Virus record (IMG/VR): IMGVR_UViG_3300006103_000043
Location: 1 to 34,967 of that record
Length of the DNA: 34,967 bases
Strand: one strand, 5' to 3'
DNA from: a virus
Lineage: Duplodnaviria; Caudoviricetes
Positions 1 to 8,400 of this stretch are shown one piece after another (within the stretch, counting starts at the first letter, position 1; every line of letters begins with the position of its first letter). The notes under the pieces were generated by a model, which was not told the origin of the DNA, did no database searches, and was given only the letters and a program-made list of their open reading frames with translations. A program made the translations under genes and the position numbers.

Positions 1-1
1 A

Positions 2-2014
2 AATGGCGTATATCAATTTTCATTTGCTAACCCACAATCTGAAGGATCAATTAATACCTATATCCGCGCAGATCCAGCGACAGGCACAGTAGCACCCATA
101 GATCCATCTAAGATGATGACCTATCAGTCTGGTGCTGGCGGTGGAATGTTGAGTGGTATTGCACAGATGGCATTGCCAGTATTGGCTGGATTGGCTTTAC
201 CCGGAATAGGTGCGGCACTAGGAGATGCGTTGTCTGGGTTTACAGCGGCTGAGGGTGCAGCAGATATAGCCACGTTTGCTCCTTCCGGATCATCTGTTAT
301 CACATCTAGCGGAGCAATTCCTGCGGCATATTCAGCGGCTGGAACGGCAGCAGCAGTAGCTCCATCTCTTGGGTCTCAAATTATAGGTGCGGCTCAAGAT
401 GTAGCATCTAATCCAGTAGTTCAAGATGTGCAAACAGCAAACCAAGCTGTAAACACAGTGAAAGCAGCACAGGATAACAATCCTGCTGGAGTTTTGTCTG
501 GTTTAGTTGGATTAGGAAGTTCATTGGGGGTTACTTCGCCAACGATTGGTTCAACGGGTGGTGATCCAAATCCTGCCGATAACGTGAACATGGCGCAGAA
601 TGGATCTACGAGTACACCCACGTTTACTACGGATGGATCTCAGGCTGGAATCACAACAAACTTTGGAACGGGTGACAATCAAACGCAAATGGTAACTCCG
701 TCTGCCGGAGGAGTAAGCGGTGCAGATGTCACATCAAGCCCGGTAACAGCAGCAACAGCGCCAGTAAACTTACCAACTGGTATTAACACAGCACAGAACG
801 GATCTACTGGAACTCCTATATTTCAAGATACAAGCGGAATGTCACAAGTTCCTCTTGGGACAACATCTAACTACGTAGATAATTCACAAACAACTACGAA
901 CGTTGACCCAACGACAGGAAATGTTACAAGTAGTTCAACGATACAAAATGCGTTAACGCCAACACAAGGAACGGCTATTGCAGGCAATGCGGGAAACAAC
1001 CTTTCTGGGATTGCAAAAGCTTTAGCTGCGTCAGCAGGTCTTGTTGGTCTTGTAAGCGGCGGGAGTAGCTCATCAAGCCCGAATGTAACGGGAACATCAA
1101 CATCATCACCTGCTTCTAATCCAGTCTTAAACTGGAATTATAGTGCGTACACCCACCCAACAGGATCCGCTATGGGACATCAATATTTAAATCCAACTTT
1201 TTCTGGGTTCGCTCACGGCGGCCTTGCGTCTATACCTAAAAAGTTTTCAAATGGCGGCATGCCTACAATGGTGTCCAATCAATCTGTGACACCAACAACA
1301 TATTATGATCACGGGATTCCTGCATTCAGCGGTCAAACGCATGGATCTTTAGTCTCACAACCGAAGCGAGGTGATCGAACCGGAGTAAGCGGTAATTCAA
1401 CTTTTAATGACATCACGGATTTCTTCACGAGGCCAAGTATTGAGTTCGCTCCAAGAGAAGAACTACCCGTTAATAATTTAGGCCCAAATGCTCAGTATGT
1501 TCCGGGTCAGCCGCATCAAGAGTCTCTGTTAGGATTACCTGCTTATATGCTTCAAGAAGCCGGTCGTTACGTTGGAGCAAACCGGACACCTGATCCGCGA
1601 CAAGGAATGTATTTGCCCGGCGATACCGATGTAAGCCAAGCTTATTCCGTAGACGCTCGTGGAATGACGCATAACGTTCCTTCGACACAAACAAACGTAG
1701 CCGAAGACAACTCTTATGCTCATGGCGGAGAAATTTATAACCTTGGTTCTTACTCAGACGGTGGACGTCTTTTAAAGGGGCCGGGTGACGGAATGTCTGA
1801 TAATATTCCAGCTACGATAGGGCATAAGCAACCAGCTCGTTTAGCCGATGGGGAGTTTGTGATTCCAGCGGATGTGGTATCTCATTTAGGCAATGGCTCT
1901 ACAGAAGCAGGATCTAAAGTGTTATACAAAATGATGGAACGAGTTAGGAAGGCTAGAACTGGCAATCCTAAACAGGGTAAGCAGATCAAAGCCAACAACT
2001 ACATGCCAGCATAA
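2..2014 (+). CDS. Putative internal virion/ejection protein, 5'-truncated (frame is open from position 2; the ORF-track ATG at 113 is probably internal)
   Basis: No stop codon in frame from 2 to 113 (NGVYQFSFANPQ...). Ser/Thr/Gly/Ala-rich low complexity. C-terminal block GGRLLKGPGDGMSDNIPA...ARLADGEFVIPADVVSHLGNGS resembles a domain I recognise from phage virion proteins. First gene of a tightly packed cluster ending in the giant protein. Confidence 0.65.
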   Translation, partial: NGVYQFSFANPQSEGSINTYIRADPATGTVAPIDPSKMMTYQSGAGGGMLSGIAQMALPVLAGLALPGIGAALGDALSGFTAAEGAADIATFAPSGSSVITSSGAIPAAYSAAGTAAAVAPSLGSQIIGAAQDVASNPVVQDVQTANQAVNTVKAAQDNNPAGVLSGLVGLGSSLGVTSPTIGSTGGDPNPADNVNMAQNGSTSTPTFTTDGSQAGITTNFGTGDNQTQMVTPSAGGVSGADVTSSPVTAATAPVNLPTGINTAQNGSTGTPIFQDTSGMSQVPLGTTSNYVDNSQTTTNVDPTTGNVTSSSTIQNALTPTQGTAIAGNAGNNLSGIAKALAASAGLVGLVSGGSSSSSPNVTGTSTSSPASNPVLNWNYSAYTHPTGSAMGHQYLNPTFSGFAHGGLASIPKKFSNGGMPTMVSNQSVTPTTYYDHGIPAFSGQTHGSLVSQPKRGDRTGVSGNSTFNDITDFFTRPSIEFAPREELPVNNLGPNAQYVPGQPHQESLLGLPAYMLQEAGRYVGANRTPDPRQGMYLPGDTDVSQAYSVDARGMTHNVPSTQTNVAEDNSYAHGGEIYNLGSYSDGGRLLKGPGDGMSDNIPATIGHKQPARLADGEFVIPADVVSHLGNGSTEAGSKVLYKMMERVRKARTGNPKQGKQIKANNYMPA

Positions 2015-2023
2015 GGAAAGATC

Positions 2024-3058
2024 ATGTCTGTACTAAGTGATTTCATGACATCGCAAAACTTAAACGCAACGCCTACTAGCTATACGCAAGCGGGGGTTTC
2101 TCCATATGCTCAACCTCTAGCAAATCAAGTTGTAAATCAAGCTCAGGCACTTGGTTCAGCTCCGATGCCACAATTTACCGGAGAGCTTGCTGCCGGACCT
2201 TCTCAATTACAAAACCAAGCATTTCAAGGGCTGGCTAATTTAACACTGCCTAGCGGGATGGCGGCGGCTGGTAATAACCTTGGAAGCGTAGCAACACAAG
2301 CTCAAAACATTGGCAATACGTTTACTCCAACAACGTTTACAAATCAAAACTTTACTTCAGACGCTGCACAGCAGTACATGAATCCGTATTTGCAAGCCTC
2401 TTTGCAGCCACAACTTCAGCTATTAAATCAACAACTAGGACAACAAAACAGTCAGCTTGGCGCAACAATGGCTCAGGCGGGAGCTTTTGGTGGAGGTCGT
2501 CAAGCTATAGAAGAATCTCAGAATGCTCTAAACAATAATCTTGCTGCTAATTCTTTGATCAGTTCTGGTTATAACACTGCGTACAACAATGCAATGAACC
2601 AGTTCAACGCAGATCAAGCTCGCAACTTACAAACTCAGCAAGCACAAGAAACAGCAAATCAATATCAATCATCGTTAGGTTTACAAGGGTTACAGGCTGC
2701 AACAACAGCAAATCAAGCTCTTGGTCAGAATGCTACGAATCAAGCACAATATGGACTTGCAGACGTGCAGGCGCAAGAAAAAGCTGGAAGCGAACAACAA
2801 GCTTTGGCACAAGCTGCGGATACAGCTTCATACAATCAGTACCTACAACAACTACAGTATCCACAACAGATGTTGAAGATGCAGTCAGGAATATTAGCGG
2901 CTTTACCCTCAAGTACCTCTGCGATTTACGGACAAGCCCCATCAACATCACAAAACTTGGTCGGAGCAGGCGGAACAGTTGCTTCACTGGTAAACGATTT
3001 ACCTGCATTGCAAACTGCTTATGATTCACTTAAAGGTTTCTTTGGGACGGGGGGATAA
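2024..3058 (+). CDS. Gln/Ala-rich internal virion (DNA-ejection/pilot-like) protein
   Basis: 344 aa, RBS AAGGA. YMNPY and GAFGGGRQAI motifs, helical Q/A/N-rich composition. Located in the ejection-protein cluster. Confidence 0.6.
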   Translation: MSVLSDFMTSQNLNATPTSYTQAGVSPYAQPLANQVVNQAQALGSAPMPQFTGELAAGPSQLQNQAFQGLANLTLPSGMAAAGNNLGSVATQAQNIGNTFTPTTFTNQNFTSDAAQQYMNPYLQASLQPQLQLLNQQLGQQNSQLGATMAQAGAFGGGRQAIEESQNALNNNLAANSLISSGYNTAYNNAMNQFNADQARNLQTQQAQETANQYQSSLGLQGLQAATTANQALGQNATNQAQYGLADVQAQEKAGSEQQALAQAADTASYNQYLQQLQYPQQMLKMQSGILAALPSSTSAIYGQAPSTSQNLVGAGGTVASLVNDLPALQTAYDSLKGFFGTGG

Positions 3059-3060
3059 CC

Positions 3061-5487
3061 ATGTTAAATTTGGTTCAAGTACAGGCAAGCCTGCAAAGCC
3101 CTATCGTTACTAATCAAGACTTAATGAAGTATGCCAATGGTGCGAATCCAGAAGTTCCTTCGTATATGGCACTTGGGGAATTAAATCGTCGCAAACAACT
3201 TGAGCAACTTGCGCAACCAGTCCCCGCACAGCAACCAACAGTTAAAAATCAAATTGAGCAAGGACTAGGATCGCTAGGGCAAGTTAATCCTTTGACGGCT
3301 CAACAAGGAGCAAATCCGCTTGCCCCGCAAGCTGCAACAAATCCAACTGCTCCACAGCAAGGAACCAATCCTGTAGCCGCACCTACTGGACAAGTTAATC
3401 CTGTGGCGGCTCCTGCTGGACAAGTTAATCCTGTCGGGGCCATACAACAATCTCCTGAAGAAGCTTATGCCAGAATGAAACAGGTTCAGGGGCCGCAGGG
3501 AGTTCCGCAAGCACCACAAGCACCAGCCGTTCCTATGGCTCATGGTGGATTGGCTTCTATGCCTTTGCATCATATGTTCCATGCTGACAACTATGCGGGT
3601 GGTGGAATTGTTGCTTTTGATGAAGGCGGTAAAGCTGAGGAAACTGTAGAAGACTTTCCTGCAAGCGAGAATCCTACGGCTTATATGTCAGGAAGAGAGC
3701 GTGAGGCTTATGAGGCTAATCAAAAGTTAGCGGATCTCCTTCAACTAAACGGTTCTGTTGCAGGGGTTCAGGGAGCACCGGGAAGCCCTAGTGGGCCGAC
3801 AGTAATAAGTCCGAACGCCCCGCCTTCGACCATTGGGTATAGTACTCCTGTAGAGACAGCAGGAATTCCTAGCGCAGCAGGGTCACAAGGCGGAGCAGGA
3901 GAAGAAGCTACTGCTGAGGAAACTGCTGGACCCACGAACTACAGTTCATTAGATACTCTAGCCGGAATTCAAGGATTGCCGGGGACACCAAGTGGACCTG
4001 CGGTAGAAGCACCGGAACAGGCTGGCCCAACTAACTACAGTTCTTTAGACACACAGGCTGGGATTGCAGGTCTTCCGGGAACGCCAAGCGGTCCTGCAAT
4101 TAAAGCGCCAGATGAAACACCTGCGTTGCCATACAGTTCATTAGATACCTTAGCCGGACAAGCTGGAGCCCCCGGTGGACCTAGCGGTATTACAGATGCA
4201 CAAGCATTGGCTGCAATCAAAAAGGTTACTGCTGACAACGCAACTGCGGAAAATCCAAGGTTCACTCCTTTAGGAACATCTACAGCTACCGCTCCTGCCG
4301 CTGGAATAAAAGGAGCAGAGGGCGCTCAAAGCGGTGAAGCGAAAGCATCGCCTGCGACGCAAGCTGCAACAGCAACGAAGAAATTGGTTGATATGTTTGG
4401 AGAAGTTCAACCAGATGCTGTTCCTGATGATTTGCCAAAGAGCCTTCAGGAAATGAAAGATTATTTTAAGAAGGCTGGAGTTAAAGAAAATCCATTGTCT
4501 GCATTAGAGGATAGACAACGCGCGATGGAAGCACGTCAAGCTGAGAATCATAAGCAAGACGCAATGGAAAGGCTGATTGCTTTTGCAACAGCATATTCCG
4601 GAGCCAACCCTGCTTTAGGTTTTGCTGGCGCTGCCTCTGCCGGGATGAAAGCGCGTACAGAACTTGTACATAAACAACGTGAAATACAAGACGCAGAGGA
4701 TAAAGCAGCTATGGAGTTCTGGAAAGCAGACGCTATGGCTCAAGATGCCCGCGCGCGCGACGATGCGAAGATGGGTATAGAGTGGAATAACCAGAAAAAG
4801 CAAGCACTAAAAGACTTTAAGACAAGCTATCTGGCGCAACAAGAAGTTCAGGCAAAGATAAAAGACTCTCAGTCTAAAGAAATTACGGCGTTAGCTGCAA
4901 AAGAAGAAGTTGCATTGAAAACGACTGAGTCTCCAAGAAAGCTGGCTGTAGAGGAAAGCAATGCTAAAGCGAAAATGATAGAAGCAAATGCGGCGCTGGA
5001 GCGTGAAAGAGGCGCTAACGCAGATAGAAAAGAAGCGCTTAAACAACAGCAAGAAATTAAGAAACGTGAAGACTTAACAAATGCACTTAAGAATAGCGAG
5101 TCTCTGAAGAAAGCCTCTGATGCTGAGGTAGCATTCTTGAATAATCCTTTAACTGGGGCTGCTGACCTAAGTAAACCTGAAGTGTACGAACAATACAAAC
5201 GTCTACACCAAGCAGTTGAGAACGAAGCTAGAGCAATTCATACCCGTCAGGGCGCAGGAGAACTTTATCAGCCCAGACCATTGCTGGAGAAGCCTCCTGT
5301 TAACCCAAAAACACCATCTTGGTGGGAAAGAACTTTTGGCCCATCTGCTCCAGCAAATACAGCAGCAGAAAATAAACCTGCAACGCCTTATACGCCACCA
5401 CGCCCAACTAATGTACCTCAAGGAGCGCAGTGGAGCGACAAGACTCAATCATGGTGGAACACGCAAACCGGACAAGAATACAAGTAA
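3061..5487 (+). CDS. Internal virion/ejection protein with internal repeats and C-terminal coiled coil
   Basis: 808 aa. 9-10-aa xxNP repeats, 32-aa YSSLDT repeats, MAHGGLAS and YAGGGIVAF motifs, charged helical C-terminal half. Confidence 0.6.
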   Translation: MLNLVQVQASLQSPIVTNQDLMKYANGANPEVPSYMALGELNRRKQLEQLAQPVPAQQPTVKNQIEQGLGSLGQVNPLTAQQGANPLAPQAATNPTAPQQGTNPVAAPTGQVNPVAAPAGQVNPVGAIQQSPEEAYARMKQVQGPQGVPQAPQAPAVPMAHGGLASMPLHHMFHADNYAGGGIVAFDEGGKAEETVEDFPASENPTAYMSGREREAYEANQKLADLLQLNGSVAGVQGAPGSPSGPTVISPNAPPSTIGYSTPVETAGIPSAAGSQGGAGEEATAEETAGPTNYSSLDTLAGIQGLPGTPSGPAVEAPEQAGPTNYSSLDTQAGIAGLPGTPSGPAIKAPDETPALPYSSLDTLAGQAGAPGGPSGITDAQALAAIKKVTADNATAENPRFTPLGTSTATAPAAGIKGAEGAQSGEAKASPATQAATATKKLVDMFGEVQPDAVPDDLPKSLQEMKDYFKKAGVKENPLSALEDRQRAMEARQAENHKQDAMERLIAFATAYSGANPALGFAGAASAGMKARTELVHKQREIQDAEDKAAMEFWKADAMAQDARARDDAKMGIEWNNQKKQALKDFKTSYLAQQEVQAKIKDSQSKEITALAAKEEVALKTTESPRKLAVEESNAKAKMIEANAALERERGANADRKEALKQQQEIKKREDLTNALKNSESLKKASDAEVAFLNNPLTGAADLSKPEVYEQYKRLHQAVENEARAIHTRQGAGELYQPRPLLEKPPVNPKTPSWWERTFGPSAPANTAAENKPATPYTPPRPTNVPQGAQWSDKTQSWWNTQTGQEYK
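3277..3438 (+). repeat. Six degenerate 27-30-nt coding repeats (GQVNPVAAP-like)
   Basis: GQVNPLTAQ/QGANPLAPQ/AATNPTAPQ/QGTNPVAAPT/GQVNPVAAPA/GQVNPVGA. GGACAAGTTAATCCTGT recurs at 30-nt spacing. Confidence 0.8.
3925..4190 (+). repeat. Three 96-nt coding repeats (YSSLDTxAGxxGxPGxPSG)
   Basis: TACAGTTC starts at 3940, 4036 and 4132, an exact 96-nt period. Confidence 0.85.
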
Positions 5488-5493
5488 AAAATT

Positions 5494-8400
5494 ATGGCAC
5501 TCAAAGACCTCCCGGATGATCTTAAGCCTGAGAACCCTCGTCCGGAAGGACTTCCAAATGACTTGAGGCCAGAAAACCCTGAAGTAAGTTCAGGCCGAGC
5601 ATTCTTAACTCGTGCGGCAGAAAACGTTTTACCTATTGTAGGCGGGGCATCCGCAGTTGCTGCGTTGCCTGCTGAGGCTGGTTTACTTCTAACGGGCGGT
5701 GCGTTACTAGGTGCAGGTATTGGCGCTCAATATCTACAAAATAAAGCGCTAGAAAGCTTCCCTGAAACGGCTAAAGCGATAGGTTTAGGGGAAGCCGAGA
5801 GGACGGCAGGTCAAGAGCAACATCCGTATGCATCTATGGCAGGGGATATCATTCCTAATCTGCTTACCATGCGACCAGATGTTGAAGGGATTGCAAGCTT
5901 GTTTAGCAAGAACGTAGCACCAGAGGCAAAGGCTGCCATCGCTAAACAAATAGCGGGGCAATCTGCACTTAGCGGTACATTTGCAGGTGGATTAGATGTT
6001 GGTCAACAACTTCTAACCACAGGAACGGTTGATCCTTACTCTGCTTTACTATCTACAGCTCTAGGTGCAGCAGGAACAAAAGAAACAGGATTGGGACGTG
6101 CAGCCGGGGCTCCGGGTCGTGCATTGCGTGAACGCATTACTGGTGTTAAGGCCGAACCAAAAGTTGCTCCAGAGGTTTCTCCCGTTACTCCGGCAGAACC
6201 GACTGAGCCTACGGATAAAGTTTCCGCATCACCTTATCAAGATAATGAAGCTGCGTTTGCAGAACTCACAAAACCAAACGCTCCGTCTGGAAAAGAGCCT
6301 CCACCACCGGAAGTTGCTCCTGTCACAGCACCGACTCCGATTGAGCCAACTCCTGCTGTTGAACCGACCGCTACTTCTGTTGAGCCAGAACCTGTCGCAA
6401 CAGTAAATGCGCCAGAACCATTTAAAACTGCATCGTTAGGAACGGAAGCTCCAACTGTAGGTGGTGAAGCAGCTGTAATCCAAAACAGAGACAGAACATC
6501 TGACCAGTCTATTGCTCAGATGCAGTCTATCGCTGCCAATCCTGATTACGGTCAGGTTAGCGTTTCACGTTCAGCGGCAGATGGTGCTCCGATTGTTTAC
6601 GGTCAAAACTTACGAGCACCTATAAACCCAGAGCACGTTGGAAGAACAGACACCGTTACGCTTACCGATGGATCTAAAGTACCTGTTACTTATGCGGCTG
6701 TTGAAGCAAACAGCGTTATCCCTTCGCACTACGCTGACGGATCACCTGTACCCGACTACAACAACCCAAATGCAAGCGGACTCAAAGTAGCGGCAGGAAA
6801 TGGTCGCGCTGCGGGTTTACAGGCTGCTCATCAACGTGGGAATGCAGATGCCTATCGCGCATCTCTGTCCGCAGATAACCTGCATGGAATAGATCCAAAC
6901 GCGATAGCAAGCTTAGACAACCCCATGCTCGTTCGCGTGACGCATCCAGATCAGGTATTGAGCAGACCAAACTGGGGTGACCTTACTAATACTCCGTTAG
7001 GGTTAGAACTTAGTCCCATCGAGATGGCTAAGAATGATGCTAACCGGATTGATTTGTCTAAACTGGATATTGGGGAAAACGGTGTAAGCCCTGATGCGGT
7101 TCGTAAATTTATCAATGCTATGCCAATGTCTGAACAGGCAGGGATGCTGAACAAAGATGGCACGGTAACGCCCAAGGCGATAGACCGTATGAATGCGGCT
7201 ATCTTCCATAAGGCATACGACAACGACGCGCTAACTGAGCTTGCATACTCTGCGGTAGATCCAGAGGCTAAGACCGTTGTAAACGCCTTAGCTAAAGCTG
7301 CTCCGCACATGATGCAGTTAGATAACACCGCGTATAACGAAATCAAATCGCACGTAGCTGATGCTGCTGAGATGGCAATCAACGCAACGCGAAACAAGAT
7401 GAGCTTGAAGGATCGCGTAAAACTTCCGCAAATCGGGGATAGCGAACTGGCTTCTAACATTTTCAGGACGTTTGCAGAACATACGGGATCACCTAAGAGA
7501 ACATCAGACTTCCTAACGAACTTAGCAAAGTTTGCTCATGAGGAACACATGAGCGGTTCAGAGGATATGTTTGGGGAAAGACCTAAACGTAGCGTACCTG
7601 AGCTTATAGATCTTGCTAGAGGAACAGTAGCTAAACCTGTCGAGCTGACTAAAGCTGCTCCCGGAGGACGGGAAGATGCAAACGGAAGACCGCTGCATGA
7701 CTTTGAGTTTGGCACGGAACAAGAGATCAAGGAAGCAAAAAATAATCCTGACCTGTTAACTGAAACACTTAATCAACATATAGAAACTGCTAGAAAAAAA
7801 GGCATTGATCTGACTTACATGGATGATCCTGAAGCAGGGACCAACCGAATTGATCCACGCAAGAGCATGGTATCCGTAAGTGAGCTTGCTAAAGACAAGA
7901 CAGTAGCCGACGTTGTTAAACGTATCCGTGACTTTGTTCCACTTGATATCAAAGAAATACTGGATCGCATCCTTCCTGAAGTGAAGGATGTAAAGATCAA
8001 GATTGACAATAGAAGAAGGTCGGCTCGCGGAATATATAACACAATACGACATGATATTCGGATTATCCCAAACGCAAACGGGAACAATTTATCAACGATT
8101 ACGCATGAAATAGTTCACTCGGCGACTGAGCGGAATTACCGTGCGGCAAAAGGGTATGCTGATTACGGTGAGTCTAATCCTCAGCATATTCAAGCTGCTG
8201 AAGAACTAGATAGTTTGTTTAAGTACATAAAGAAGATCCCGCAGGGAAAAGAACTTAAGCGTATTGGCGGAAACATATTCTCTCATCCAACAGAATTGAT
8301 TACGTGGGCTATGGTTGATCGCCCAGTCCAAGAAATACTTAAGAAGATTAAGCTTCCTAATGAAGAAACAGCATGGAGTTCGTTTGTATCTTCCGTGCGT

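Noticed and set aside
3277-4190. Periodic repeats as a possible CRISPR array
   Set aside because: They are in-frame, degenerate at synonymous positions and lack unique spacers, so they are protein repeats. I saw no CRISPR array or tRNA in the window.
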